From assembly GCA_951406725.2 (NCBI GenBank), contig OX597823.1, forward strand, positions 76,880,001 through 76,944,000: a DNA stretch of 64,000 nucleotides, given 5' to 3'. Positions 25,881-40,811 of this stretch are shown piece by piece; position 1 is the first letter of the stretch, and each line of letters begins with the position of its first letter. The stretch comes from Octopus vulgaris. Lineage: Eukaryota. The notes under the pieces were generated by a model, which saw nothing but the letters and a program-made list of their open reading frames with translations, searched no databases and had not been told where the DNA came from. The position numbers and the translations under genes are program-made.

Positions 25881-26649
25881 GTTGAGTGCAATAACATTTT
25901 CTTTGATGATAGCAACAGGGGGAGAATTAATGTTCTGTGCTTAGTTAGAGTGACCATGGTACTTTTGCTAGTTTCAGTCATTGCAAAGGGGTCATTCTGG
26001 AGCACTGCACTCAAGCATTTAATACGTGTAATACAAACTGCATTTTGGCAAAACCCCAGCAGCAGCTAATCAGTAACATCATGCATTTTTATTAAAGGAT
26101 CATTAGAAAGAACATTAATTGCAAGAATTTCCCTTAGAAACTTCAGGAACACTAGAAGTGTATTTTTTAACAGATTTTTAATGTAACAGTCTGAAATCAA
26201 GGAAAAGCTTTTAGTATGGTATTTTAGCATTTTATGAGGCAAAGAAAAAGTCTCTAATGCATTTACAGTACACTTAGCAATTCCCAAGTAATGTCATGTT
26301 ACCAAGCATAACTCGAGAGTTCATCTAGGCAAAATATTACATACTGATCTGTATTTGTTAATACTTGTCACACCATTTAGCTTTAATTTTCTTCTTCTGT
26401 ATCGTTAGCTTTACATTGAGAGCAATGTAGATTTTCTGTGCTTTGCAGCTGCAAATTACAGTCAAAAATTGTTGTCGAGAGGGAAATAACTGAGGCTTTT
26501 ATTAGCCTTTCCATAAAAATGACAGAATTCATTCCAGGCCTGAATGTCATGCACAGTGAAGAAATGAAAATATCGGGTACAAAATTATTTACTTGTCAGC
26601 TTTATTCACAAATATCTGCATATTTGTGTTGTTTCATATATTTATGTAT

Positions 26650-26698
<49 letters not shown>

Positions 26699-26711
26699 CA
26701 TATTATATATA

Positions 26712-26755
<44 letters not shown>

Positions 26756-26899
26756 ACATGCAGGAAGTAAATAGACAACTTTAATTTTTAAAATCTTTTT
26801 ATTTGATATTAATTGGTTGAAGGAGAGGTTTTCTTCTAGCTGCTCATCCATAATACCCAAGCTTATGCAGATATGTAACACACATTCTTGGACTAAATT

Positions 26900-27250
26900 C
26901 TAGCTGTTTTTCAATGTCAGAAGCCTTCAAACAGGGATCATTTTCCACAATTCTCTTCAAACAGCAAAGCTTCCTTTCCGAAGGCCAAGGTCGGCTGGGA
27001 TGGAAATCTGTTCAGTCTTTTCCTTGGCTTTTGAATTGCACTATAATTCTATTAACAGTAGCAAGAGGAATTTGAATATTTTTGGCAATTTTTTGCTGGC
27101 TAACTCCAGCCTCAGATTGCCCAACAATACAAACTCTTTGAAAATCTGACAGCTCTGGTGAATTTTTTGTGTGTGGCATGGTTACTTTCCACAAATGTTT
27201 AATATAATGGCACCTGGAATGAAAAAGAATAATTACATTGTAAATTCTAC
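26900..27250 (-). mobile_element. Tc1-like transposase N-terminal HTH remnant
   Basis: [46 protein letters not shown], a typical Tc1 ELSxFxRGxIVG start, followed by a premature stop. Confidence 0.75.
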
Positions 27251-27334
27251 ACCGCTGAAAACATATTAAGATGCTTAGGTCAGAAATTTTGAAAATTAAA
27301 GGTGTCTATTTATTTTCTGCATGTCTGTGTATAT

Positions 27335-27422
<88 letters not shown>

Positions 27423-27754
27423 TTAAAACACACACACACACACACACAAATGTATAGAGAGTCAATAAAAGGGAATGAAGAATCCTGGTGGTTACCTCAA
27501 TTAACACTCCTGCAAATACTGGTTAACAGACTGAATACAAAGTATCAAAACTTCAGTAAAGGTATGTTTTTCACACAAAACAAATTCAGGAAGATTCCTT
27601 CAGATCATGGAGTATGAAATAACAGACCATGGATAGAGGCACTGCTACCATATTTATTCTTTACTTCCAGCTATTTTGACAGTATATAAGTTAAATAGAT
27701 TAGTTCAACAAGTTGGAATGCATGAGCATGAACAATGATTATGTAACATTTAAG

Positions 27755-27926
27755 CACCCACTACACTCTCAGAGTGGTTGGCGTTAGGAAGGGCATCCAG
27801 CTGTAGAAACTCTGCCAGATCAGACTGGAGGCTAGTGCAGCCATCTGGTTTGCCAGTCCTCTGTCAAATCGTCCAACCCATGCTAGCATGGAAAGCAGAC
27901 GTTAAACGATGATGATGATGATGATG
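27755..27926 (+). mobile_element. RTE-associated retroposon 3' end with (GAT)n tail
   Basis: GAGTGGTTGGCGTTAGGAAGGGCATCCAGCTGTAGAAAC...GACGTTAAAC(GAT)n. A diverged inverted copy lies at about 30381-30585. Confidence 0.7.
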
Positions 27927-28391
27927 AGAAGGAGGATGATGATGAAAGACCATAGTCATCTCATTGTAACCTTGTTGAAGAAATTAATACAAGAACAACT
28001 TCAATAAATTAACCTACAGATAAAGAGTAACGATTTCTTGGGAAATGTTCTTTTTATAGGAGTTTCTGTTAGAAGTGCAAATAATAGAAATGGTGAAGAT
28101 AATGGTTTTTGTGTGTCAAATGACAAGATTATATTAGAAGGTGAATTCATTAATTAACCTCTATATTCAGACAGGTGTCTGATGGACAAAATAAAATGTT
28201 ATTAAAACTCTGTTTCGTTGTACAGAGCGTCATAAATTAACTGGGATATGCAAGTCAAGTGTAACTTCAAAGAAAAGTTTAATGATTAGAAATATAGCTG
28301 GAAAAGGAAAAAGAAAAATAGATAGAAATATGAGGGCTAACTTGAAAATGTGCAATTTTGTATAGAGGAAGAGTGAATACTATGCACTTAA

Positions 28392-28611
28392 CCCTTTCGT
28401 GACTGTATTTATTTTGAGATGCTTTGTATTTCTTTCAATTAATTTAAATATAACAAAGAATTTAGTAAAATAACTTAGTTATCATTCAGCTAGGGTTAGG
28501 AACATAAATTGTGACTAAGGTTTGGTGGAAGATTTCAATTCAAAACTTATGAAAACAAGACATTTGTACTCAGAGCCAGAGCTGGTTTCAGCCGGGTTGG
28601 TAACGAAAGGG
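28392..28611. mobile_element. piggyBac-type MITE
   Basis: TTAA|CCCTTTCGTGAC ... GTAACGAAAGGG|TTAA. Confidence 0.9.
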
Positions 28612-28619
28612 TTAAAGAG

Positions 28620-28900
28620 AATAACTCCAGCAGCAGCCAATCATTGAAGACCTAGTCCAGCAGTACAGGCTGCAGTGGTTTGGCCATGTATGCAGAATAA
28701 CCACTGGAAGACTATCACATCAACATTTATGATGGTAGTGACCCACACACAGTGGAATCTAGTAAAGGACACCAAAGAAGACATGGGTGAGTCAAATTGA
28801 GGAGGACCTGAAGTCGCAGTGCCTCCACCTCAAGCGTGCTAAGCCCAGTGTCATGGACTAGAAAGCATGGAGCAAGATCATCATCAAAGTCCATTATCCA
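28620..28900 (+). mobile_element. RTE-clade LINE C-terminal remnant
   Basis: QQPIIEDLVQQYRLQWFGHVCR matches the RLxWxGHVxR motif; also PKKTWVSQIEEDL. Confidence 0.7.
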
Positions 28901-28964
28901 GCAACAGTGTATTGGTTGAGGAGACAGACTCCCCCTTTGGTCGCCAGCTAGAGATTTCTCTATT

Positions 28965-29393
28965 TACTTTACTTACTCTTTTACTCTTTTACTTGTTTCA
29001 GTCATATGACTGTAGCCATGCTGGAGCACCGCCTTTAGTCAAGGAAATCGACCCCAGGACTTATTCTTTGTAAGCCTAGTACTTATTCTATCGGTTTCCT
29101 TTGCTGAACTGCTAAGTTACGGGGACGTAAACACACTATCATCGGTTGTCAAGCGATGTTGGGGGGACAAACACAGAAACACAAAAATATACACACACGC
29201 ACATGCACATATATATATATATATATATACAACGGGCTTCTTTCAGTTTCCATCTACCAAATCCACTCACAAGGCTTTGGTCGGCCTGAGGCTATAGCAG
29301 AAGACATTTGCCCCAGGTGCCACGACGTGGGACTGAACCCGGAACCATGTGGTTGGTAAGCAAGCTACTTACCACACAGCCACTCCTACGCCT
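28965..29393 (-). mobile_element. SINE family A, full length
   Basis: Matches 234-734. Confidence 0.92.
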
Positions 29394-31259
29394 ATACATA
29401 GAAGTAATGTGGATCTTATCAAAGATTTTAAATCAGTTATCTTAGTGATTTTTGCAATGGTATCCCAAACTAACCCCCAGAACTATATACTGTAAGCTGT
29501 TCTAATTCCTACTGTATTCATACTGATAAAAGGAAATCTTTGTAAGAAGATGATCAGTAAAAATTGCCTGTTTTCTGGGTGTATGAGATAGTAGTAAGTA
29601 TAGACATTGGTGAGAAATTTCTGTATTTTCTTTGATGTCAATTATAGGTTGGATGATAAATGCACTGCTTGATATGTATATCGAAAAATAGGAAAACTGT
29701 AGATTGGCCTCATCTCAATATAAAACGATATTGATTTGAAGCTGAAGTTCAAAAAAATGTATATAAGGAACTTTAGTTGCTGAAAAGACCTTACCATATA
29801 CAATGTTGTTATTGTCATTTAACACCAGGTCAGCTCTGATTGAACAGAAATTTGACCTCAGCTTTAAAAGAAATTTTTTTTGTCTGTTTAATGTCAGTCT
29901 TGAACATGTGTCATTGATTATATTACAAGGTTTCTTCTTATTCTACAATTTCCTTATGTTAGATGTCTGCTCTGAAAAATTAGATTAGTAAATGGCTATA
30001 AAGGAATATTAGTAACTAAATATAGGTGAGGAAAATATAAGAGGCTGTTTTATTTCTTCAGATATTTGTAAATGTATATACATATATGTTATGTTATGCA
30101 TTTATATATATATATGTGTGTGTGTGTGTGTATGTATTGTATGTATGTATATATATATATATATATGTATATATATGTATATATATATATATATGTGTGT
30201 GTATAGTTAAATACACTCACACACATACACACACATGCATGCATATAATCACATAAAGCACATGAATATATCTTGTCATGTTGGCTTAAATCAAAGAGTT
30301 GTATGTAAAAGTGTGTGTTTGTGCATGTGTGTGTCTGTCTCTATGTGTATGTGTCTGTGTGTCTGTCTGTTTGTGCATGTATCATCATCATCATCATCAT
30401 CATTATCATCAATATCATCCCTTCACGTCAGCACTTGTTATTGGTATGGGCTGAATGGTTTGACTTGCTCAGAAGAGCCGGAGGTTCACATTATGCTCCG
30501 ATGTCTGTTCGTGCACGGTTTCTATAGTTGGGTGCCCTTCATAACACCAATCATTTTATGGGGTGTATTGAGTGCTTTTAGCTGAGGCACCAACTCCACA
30601 GTATCTACGATGTGACTTGCATGATGTAGGGGCTTCAAGGGGCCTCAATAACTCAATGACAACCAGATACAGGTAATGATACAAGGCAAGGTGATGAGAG
30701 TGGGAAAAGTGTAATGAGGGGAGCAGATTTATAGGCATGGGAGGGCAATTGTTTGCTGAGTAAAGGAGTAGATGTTGTGGGGAGAGGTGAACTTGTGAGA
30801 TGGTTGTAGCAAGGAGAGTAAGAGAGGTGACACAATTGGGAGAGGGAGTACAAAAGGGCAAGGAGAAAAGTGATGAGATTAGTGTCAATGGTTAGGGAGA
30901 AAGGAAGAGGCAGTGTGGTAAGGATGGAGAGGTGGGTTGCTTAGTGATGGATTTTAGGGTTATCTCACATTGTAAGGGGTGATTATGGGCAGGTATGATA
31001 GGGAGAGAATACGGAAGAGAGGAATAGATTAGGGTGGCAAGAATCATTGAAGGAAAGACTGAGATGGGTGTTAGTTATTGGGGTAGACCAAGGAGGGAGG
31101 GAAGAAATGGATGATGAGATAATATAGAAGCAATGAGGAAAGAGGTGAGTGATAGACAAATAGTCATGGAAATGCATCTCAGACAATGAGTTAAAAGATT
31201 TGTGAGATATGAATGATAAGAATGAATGTGAATAAACACACACACAATGTATGTGTGTG

Positions 31260-31303
<44 letters not shown>

Positions 31304-32105
31304 TATCTTTTACCTGTTAGCTGTTTCAGTCATTAGGCTGTGGCCATGCTGGGGCACGGGCATAGATAGTGTGTCATATAACCAGCTGGAGATGATGTTT
31401 CCTGGGGCTAAATAACAGTAACATTCAACTGCCACGTTATGTTGGCAAATAATCTTTACTTTATAGTACTGCTACTGAATGTCTCTCGTTGAGAGATTTA
31501 CAAATAGAAATTTTCTATTTTATTAGATCAGAGAGTGTGTGTCACATTAAAAACTGTATATTTCAAACAAGAATTTAGCAGCAGTACCTCTAGCCAAAGT
31601 TATTCTGCACTGAGGAAGAGAAATAACCCAGAAATCACGCCCTTAAACACTTCGTTCACTCCACTCTTCATTCTTTCATTCTCCCTCTCTCATATTTCAA
31701 GGCTTTCTGTTCATGCTCACTTTCCCTCGTTCACTTCACTTTGTCTCTTTCATTTTCTCTCATCCCTCCTTAATTCTACTATCCCTCTGCCTCTACCTCT
31801 CTCTCTTCTCTCTCCACGTGACCAGTGTTTGGCCAGGCCTGACGTTTCTTTCTTGGTTGAACTACTGTCCGTGCAACATCTATATTCCTTCATGTGCTTG
31901 TTAAATCTTAAGTCCCTGCTGTAAGGCTTTACTTCCACACATGCCAGCTTAATTTAATTCGTCATTAGTTGAAAGACACCTGTTGTTATGTCCTGTTATT
32001 TGTATTTGTGTAACATTTCTGTTTTCTTCCTGTCCTTGTTTTGTGCACATGAGTGCCGGTCAGTGTGTGTGTGCCTATGCACACATGCATGTATGTATGT
32101 ATCTA

Positions 32106-32233
<128 letters not shown>

Positions 32234-32722
32234 TATAAATAGCTTGATAATATTTACAAGTTCACAAGTGACTATTTGCATTAGCTGGACTTATATATCG
32301 TTAAATATAATGTCTCTTTAAATCTATTTCAACCTTCTTTCCTTGAGGCCCTTCAAATACTGCTTTGCACAAAAACATATTTTGGGTTTCACAGCAAAAT
32401 ATTTGTCCCTATAATTACCACATGAGAGCATTTCCGAATGTTAATTGATTTTTGCTATTGAAGTGCTTCTATTAATAGGTAATATTTACAAAAATACTTA
32501 ATATTGAATATTGATTTTGGTAAAACCAGTTTTCTTGTAAATTTAATATTTTTATTTTTTTGACATTCAAAATGTCTTCTGAACATCAGTTCTTTCTCTT
32601 CTGTTATCTACACGGTCAGAGGCACACACTTGCAATTCCCTTTGCAAATGACTGATGAACAGATCATGAGACCTATAGATTTCTGTGTTATGGAGTTTGC
32701 TGTCTCTCATTAATAAAAATAC

Positions 32723-33081
<359 letters not shown>

Positions 33082-33548
33082 TTATATGAGCAAAAGGACT
33101 AGTGAAAGTAAGTGGCACTCAACATAAATAGTTTGTAGGAGCTGCATATACTATACAATGGCTAAGTCATACTGTTATTAAGTTTTATAAATGTGTATAT
33201 GTGTGTGTGTGTGTGCGTGTCTATATAGAGACATACATTCACACACATATATATGTAGATAATATACATTTGGTTATATACATTTGTATGTATATATATA
33301 TACATGTATATACATATATACTTGTATATACATATATATACATATGCATTCATATATATACATACTTATGTGTATACACACACATCTAGATATATATAAA
33401 TATGTATAATGCATATTTGTAATTTTACATATATGTTTGTGTATATGTGAGTAGATATATTGATATGTAGATATTTAGATATATAAATAGATACATATAC
33501 ATATACACATATACTTATATCTATATTCAAATGTATCTACAAATCTAT

Positions 33549-33603
<55 letters not shown>

Positions 33604-34093
33604 AGTACATACATGTATATATATATAGGCATATACTTGTGTTTGTGTACATGTGCGATGTGTGTGTGTGTGAGTGTGTGCATGTGTGTGTGAATTCTTC
33701 CTCATTGCTGTCTGGTGATGACAGCATTACCCCATTTAATTTACTGCAAAAAACACGACCTTCTTTCCAGAGAAGCTATTTTTAATATATCTAAAAATTT
33801 ACCTTAATATGTATGACATAGTTATGTTTTTGTTGGACTTTTTTTTTTCCCATCATTATATTTTTTTTAATTATTGCACTATGGGGCTCTTTGTTAATAC
33901 ACTTTATATGAAAAAAGTGTTTTGGTCATATTTGTAAAATACTCATTCATATTTGCACTATACATACATACTTGTATATGCATACTCTAATATATATATA
34001 TATATAGAAGTGTGTGTATATATATCTATATGTATATATAATTATATGTACATATATAATCATATATGAATATCTATATCTATCTATCTATAT

Positions 34094-34150
<57 letters not shown>

Positions 34151-34207
34151 TATATAGAACGATCGATAGAATGATAGACAGATAGATAAGAAGATAGATA
34201 AGCAGAC

Positions 34208-34278
<71 letters not shown>

Positions 34279-34373
34279 AAGAAAGAGAGGGAGAGAGAGA
34301 GAGATAAGCAGGTAGGTATGTTGGTTTGTAGATGTTGGTATATAAAGAGAAAGAGAAATGGAGAAATTGAGTA

Positions 34374-34420
<47 letters not shown>

Positions 34421-34682
34421 GAGGGAAAGAATTTGATGTATAATATGACACCACATACAGTCAGACTATTTTATTAATAAAAAGCGATAAAGAAATTTTG
34501 GTAGCCAGCTTGAATACATAATTTTTTTTTATTACATTAAGCACTATACTTACCAATAGAATTTTAAATTACTTATGGTCTTTATGAAATGAAATTTTGG
34601 TGGACCATTTTTCAAAAGAAGTATTTAACCCTATATTTGAAGGTGATATATTTTTACATTTTATATTTTTGACTGAGTTTTC

Positions 34683-34727
<45 letters not shown>

Positions 34728-34809
34728 ATCACCACCATCATCGTCGTCGTTGTCGTCGTCGTCGTCATCATCATCATCATCATAATTTAATATCCAGTTT
34801 TCCATATGC

Positions 34810-34897
<88 letters not shown>

Positions 34898-35089
34898 GCC
34901 TGCATACATATGTATACACACACACACATATATATATATACGTACATATACACGTAGAGAGAGGGAGTGAGAGTGGGGGAGTAGGTCATAAAGTTCATTC
35001 GGTTTTTCAGGTTTTAAGCAAAAATAAAACAAGTTTTCAGCTCAAACTAACTTATTTTGTCAGTGCTATAATTACTGTTTCATTCTGAA

Positions 35090-35900
35090 TATCTTCTGTC
35101 ACTTTGTGACCAGTTCTATCATTCCCTACTCCAAGAACAACCTGTCTTTATGAGCGTAAAACTCTTCCAGGTGAATTTTTATATCCTCTTCAGTATTGAA
35201 AGTCCGTCCATTCAGTGAATTTTGAAGACACTGAACCAGGTCGAAATCTGAAGGCGCACAAGGTTCAGACAAATATGGAGAGTGCAATAAAAATTTCCTC
35301 GTCAAGCTCTAGTAACTTCTGTCGCGTCTGCAAAGAAGGTCCGGCATTGTTGTAATGAAAGACACAATACGTTGACGATTAAATCTGCTCGCTGTATTTA
35401 ATTTGTCCAGCTGGTCACAGTACACATCGAAATTGAATATCTGTCAATATATAGAAGCTCGTAAAAGACAAAATCTATTAACAATCCGACCAAAATTAAA
35501 GTATGGCCTTCTTCGGGCGAAGTCATGCTGCGGAGGTTGTTCGTAATGGTTCGCCACGCTTCTCCCCTGATCGTTAGCATTTCAAGTTGTTACCCATTTT
35601 TCATTCATACCCACTATTCTCTTCAAAAAGGTTCGCTTTCTTCACGTTTCTTCAATGAATCTCTGATAGAAATCTGTTGGACGTGGTTAGGTCCAATCAA
35701 CTTGATATGGAAGTCAAACATCGACTCTGCTGACATAACTAAGTTGATGCAGAGAGTTTTTAAACATTTGATTTGGATATTTGAGGTACATATCTACCAT
35801 CACACTGGTCATGTAACAGGATTTGATGTCGCTGCTAATCTCTATTGGCTGATCAGAGTGAAGAGCATTCTGAAACGAAGAGTTTCCCCGATTGAAACCT
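35090..35900 (-). mobile_element. Decayed mariner transposase (mellifera-like)
   Basis: FHYNNAGP, QTRQKLLEL, LLHSPY and APSDFDLVQCLQNSLNG match HDNARPH and HPPYSPDLAPSDYHLF..LQNSLNG. Confidence 0.8.
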
Positions 35901-35962
35901 TGAATACCACTTGATGCAAACATTGCATAAAAGCATCCCTTCCACAAACAGTAGACATCTTC

Positions 35963-36362
35963 CTACTCTTTTGCTCTTTTACTCTTTCACTTGTTTCAGT
36001 CATTTGACTGTAGCCATGCTGGAGCACCGCCTTTAGTCGAGCAAATCGACCCCAGGACTTATTCTTTGGAAGCCTTGTAGTTATTCTATCGGTCTCTTTT
36101 GCCGAACCGCTAAGTTACAGGGACACAAACACACCAGCACCGGTTGTCAAGCGATGTTGAGGGACAAACACAGACACAGAAACACACACACACACATATA
36201 TATATACATATATATATATATATACGACGGGCTTCTTTCAGTTTCCGTCTACCAAATCCACTCACAGGGCTTTGGTCGGCGCTAGGCTATAGTAGAAACA
36301 TTTGCCCAAGGTGCCATGCAGTGGGACTGAACCAGGAACCATGTGGTTCGTTAGCAAGCGAC
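35963..36362 (-). mobile_element. SINE family A
   Basis: Matches the other A copies; extreme 5' end missing. Confidence 0.92.
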
Positions 36363-36615
36363 TTAATATATATGTATGTGTACATACATATATATTTAGC
36401 TTTATATACGCATTTCGCTGAGTACAAATAACAGAAAAACAAAACATTCAATGCATGTAATAAATTCTATAAAACAACAGAAACTAAGGCTTTACTTTGC
36501 AGGAACACCAAGTTGCATTTTACTATCATATTATGTAAGGTAACATATCGTAGGGAACCTGATAACAACGCCGTAGCTATGTAACGCCACTGCTCCTTCT
36601 GTGTATGCATGTGTG

Positions 36616-36658
<43 letters not shown>

Positions 36659-37278
36659 GTATATTTCTACAAAATCTTCTGATGGCTCAGTTCATTTTTA
36701 ATGTCGTTTCGTGCAGGAATATTTTATATGTGATCGTTCACCGATATAAAAAAAGTCGAAGATATATTGGCAATAGGCCAGCTAGGCCTTTTCCATTTAT
36801 TTATCAAGAAAGGTTACCTAATTGCGTTTCCAGCTAAGGTCACATTGTTTTCACTAGCTCTTGACCGAATGAGATTAGATGCTAGAATTAATATTTTTTT
36901 TTTTATGTGTTCACAATGAGATCAGTGCACTTCCTTTCGTTGTCATCCGAGATGTTATTGGAAGTATATATAACACTGTACATCAAATATATGTTTTTTC
37001 TACAGATATAATCTCCATCGTATGCAAGAAGACAGAATTTCTGAATCATAGTTTGTCCATTTAACGACTCACTAACCAAAAGTGGTTTCAGAGGGAGGAT
37101 AAGTCTATTAGACCAAACAAACTCAAAAGCAGAAACCAGAAAGATCAATACACCTCGATATATGTCACGATTCAGATTGGACGTTTGCTACAAGTATATT
37201 CAAAAAATTTCAAACTCAAGTAAGACATTTTCCACCAACATACAATAAGCATTTCATCCCTCGTAATTTCAGTATTGC

Positions 37279-37660
37279 AAGCACTCCATCGGTTACGACG
37301 ACGAGGGTTCCGGTTGATCCGAATCAACGGAACAGCCTGCTCGTGAAATTAACGTGTAAGTGGCTGAGCACTCCACAGACACGTGTACCCTTAATGTAGT
37401 TCTCGGGGATATTCAGCGTGACACAGAGAGTGACAAGGCCGGCCCTTTGAAATACAGGTACAACAGAAACATGAAGTAAGAGTGAGAGAAAGTTGTAGTG
37501 AAAGAGTACAGCAGGGATCACCACCATCCCCTGTCGGAGCCGCGTGGAGCTTTAGGTGTTTTCGCTCAATAAACACTCACAACGCCCGGTCTGGGAATCG
37601 AAACCGCGATCCTATGACCGCGAGTCCGCTGCCCTAACCACTGGGCCATTGCGCCTCCAC
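37279..37660 (-). mobile_element. SINE family B, tail 1, full length
   Basis: Head GTGGAGGCGCAATGGCCCAGTGGTTAGGGC (A box) and GGTTTCGATTCCC (B box). Near-identical to 63552-63950. Confidence 0.93.
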
Positions 37661-37899
37661 ATTAACCTAGTATTAACATTCACAGTGAAAAGCTACATTG
37701 AAACATAGTCCTACGTAACCAACGTAACATACTAGCCAACTTGTTATTTACTGAAATAAATAACAAGTTGCCAACTCAAATGCTCATGTCTTTGAAAAAC
37801 ACTGATATATAGAGCATCTATGACAGCTCTGGGCGTCATGTTCATGTTGATGTACAGTTCTCCAAGTGAGCGCATTTAATACGTTTTTATTAACATCTG

Positions 37900-38500
37900 C
37901 AATCACTCAAGCCAAAGATCAAGGAAGTATCTCGTTATCACCGTTCATTTACAAACTCAGGGAACAAAAACAGGACCACCTCCGAATAACATAAAATAAC
38001 GTCTATAAAATAATCCTATACATCAATGAATCATGAAACTGTAGGTTTTTCGTTAATTAGTATTTCTGAATAATAAATCTGCCAGCGAACTCTCGTAACC
38101 AAAAATCAGAGACATCAAATGCCGACATCGGGGAAACGTTTTTTTTTTTTTTTTTTCACAGCCTTCACGAGACTGAAGAAAAACATCCCATCGAATGAAA
38201 CCTGCAACCATCAGATAGAAATTGAATCGTTGTTCCTAGAGGACTACAGATATTTTCTGGGTAGATGTTTCTAATTTGGAACATATTCAGCTCCACAAAA
38301 CAAAAACATACGTAGCTAGTTGACTGAGAACACAAATTCAATAAACATGTTTAATTTATTATACGCTTAATTAAGGAAGTAAAACTTCAAATAACATTAG
38401 AGAGAATCATCAAGCCATTCCCCGAATATACTAACGTTTTGAACAATCTGCTCTTATTCAGGACAGACAGGCACGGAAGAAATATTCTAGAACCTGCTAG
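37900..38500 (+). mobile_element. Possible very old RTE-like RT remnant
   Basis: RDIKCR..G and TAFTRLKKNI resemble the RTE EIxxRIxxAxxAFxxL motif; otherwise unreadable. Confidence 0.3.
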
Positions 38501-38571
38501 ACCTTATATCTTTCTGGAGCACTCCATTTTAAATTCCTTATTTATTATTGAGATTCCGTCTCAATAATTTC

Positions 38572-38716
38572 AATCGCAAGTGAGAGTAGGAAACATTGTG
38601 TATATATATATTGAGTATATATATATTGAGTATATATATTGAGTATATATTGAGTATATATATTGAGTATATATATATATATATATACTCAATGTTTCCT
38701 ACTCTCACTTGCGATT
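38572..38716. repeat. Inverted repeat centred on a (TA)n/(TATATATTGAG)n core
   Basis: AATCGCAAGTGAGAGTAGGAAACATTG ... CAATGTTTCCTACTCTCACTTGCGATT. Confidence 0.95.
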
Positions 38717-39447
38717 CGATTCGATTCGTTTGGTTTCGTTTCGTTTCTTCTTCTTCTCTAAGCTGGTTTTTATATATAATTATGACGCGAAACTCCATAA
38801 CTCCTTCTCTCTTTCTTTCACCCTCTTTTGCTTCCTTCCTCTCTATCTCTCTCTTTCTCACTCCTCCTCATCTCTCTCACAGCCGGGACTACGAACTTCC
38901 TTTCGCCGGCGGCCTTATTCAAGTAAACATGTTTCTTCCTGCGCTCGTGAAAAAAAATTTTTCCTCGTCTAGGCTTATAGCCCCTCTTTATTTGTTTTCC
39001 TGTCCTGTTTCTATTCCTTCTTGTACTCTATTTCTTGTAATTGTATTTTTGTTTGTTTTTAATTGTATTGTTGTTTACGTCCTGTTTTTGTCACATATTT
39101 ATTCCTTGTTTTTACCCCTCTGCAAAGGAATTTTATTTAATTCTTTCGCAGGAAGGATTAGTTCGACGACACGTGTTCTGTCCTCACCTTCGAAACACGC
39201 TGGAGTTGAACTAGGGACGACTGATGAAGGGGATTTTTTCTTGTGTAGTTGTCTTGTACTCTGTTTTTTCGTTGTTAAAGGAATGGTCCGTTCCATGCTG
39301 TTTTTACGTTTTCGTTTCTCGTTGAGTTCTACGTCTATTTGTGGTGTCCTGTACACACGTATATATATTTATATATGCATGTATATATACATTTAGATGT
39401 AGGTACATACATATATCTTTGTATGTATGCATATATTTTATTTATTA
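38687..39447 (+). mobile_element. Interspersed element F flanked by (TA)n (possible PLE pLTR-like)
   Basis: 39215-39445 is homologous to the reverse complement of 40810-41022 (GCGACTGAAGAAGGGGATTTTT...GGTGTCCTGTACACA...GTAGGTAC). Confidence 0.6.
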
Positions 39448-39501
<54 letters not shown>

Positions 39502-39562
39502 ATGTGTGTGTGCACATATATGTACGTGTGTGTATAAACATATCTATCTATCTATCTATCTA

Positions 39563-39616
<54 letters not shown>

Positions 39617-39651
39617 TAGATAGAGAGATAGAGAGAGATAGATAGATAGAG

Positions 39652-39713
<62 letters not shown>

Positions 39714-39796
39714 GTAGATAGATACATATGACTACACATATATACATACATATATACAAACATATGCACACAGATATTTTATATGTGTGTGTGTGC

Positions 39797-39842
<46 letters not shown>

Positions 39843-40124
39843 ATAGTCATGATTGTATTAAATTCGACACATTTCATTTGGAACACTGATATAAAAAAGA
39901 TAATATAAGTTAAGACGAAAACAATAACAAGCAAAATGTTGAAGAGATTTATTCTTTCGACAAAATTTATATAATTCTAGTAAGCCGATATCTCAAGGAA
40001 TTCTAATATGACAACTGATATTACGTAAAATAAAAAGTAATGACCTATACATTGGTGACAAGTAAAAACGTTTCATGACTGACATGAAGAAAGACTCAGA
40101 AATTTGTCTGGTATATATATACAT

Positions 40125-40189
<65 letters not shown>

Positions 40190-40291
40190 CAATTGAGGAT
40201 AAAATCTTTAAAAGAAATTATCAGTAGTCAGCGTGAAAAACCTCGTAACAGAAAAAATCCGTAAATTCTTCCTCTTTGAAAATATTCATTT

Positions 40292-40565
40292 ATATTATAT
40301 TGAGGGTACTACTATTCGTAGATACCAACACGCTAAGAGGGACCAATGCGGTCAAAACTACTAAAAATAAACAAAATTTTACCGAATGCAAAACTTCAAA
40401 ACACATCATTTAAAAAAAAACAAAAAAAACACACATCATTCTTTAAAATGATGTGTTTTGAAGTTTTGTATTCGGTAAAATTTTGTTTATTTTTAGTAGT
40501 TTTGACCGCATTGGTCCCTCTTAGCGTGTTGGTATCTACGAATAGTAGTACCCTCAATATAATAT
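40292..40565. repeat. Fold-back palindrome, ~120-bp arms, within a (TA)n-flanked insert
   Basis: 40292-40413 versus 40442-40565, nearly perfect. The spacer repeats ACACATCATT. Confidence 0.95.
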
Positions 40566-40590
40566 TAAAAAAAAAAAATATATATATATA

Positions 40591-40772
40591 GTTATAGTTA
40601 ATCCAAACATGAAAACACAACAACGCGAGGACGTGGAACAAGTATAGTGTTATTGGACGCTGAGGAAAGGAAAGAAAGAAGGAGGATTTAACGTTCGGAG
40701 CGGAGCTCTTCGTCAGAAACATAGAAAAAGGAAAGATCCAAGGAAGGGAAGACGGAGGAAAAAAATCGTCAA

Positions 40773-40775
<3 letters not shown>
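40591..40775 (-). mobile_element. Penelope-type pLTR fragment (element G) with minimal hammerhead-like motif
   Basis: Minus strand 40720-40686: GTTT-CTGACGA-A-GAGC(TCC)GCTC-CGAA-CGT-T-AAAT (GAAA altered). (TA)n on both sides. Confidence 0.65.

Positions 40776-40809
<34 letters not shown>

Positions 40810-40811
<2 letters not shown>

Noticed and set aside
30690-31220. Purine-rich strand-biased block
   Set aside because: Low complexity with no discernible unit or coding signal.
39185-39235. Permuted hammerhead in element F (CCTTCGAAAC...CTGATGAAGGGG)
   Set aside because: Core words are present, but I could not build stems I and III with a valid NUH site.
38596-39396. 266-aa hydrophobic ORF
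   Set aside because: Runs through TA repeats and T-rich element F; the hydrophobicity is compositional.
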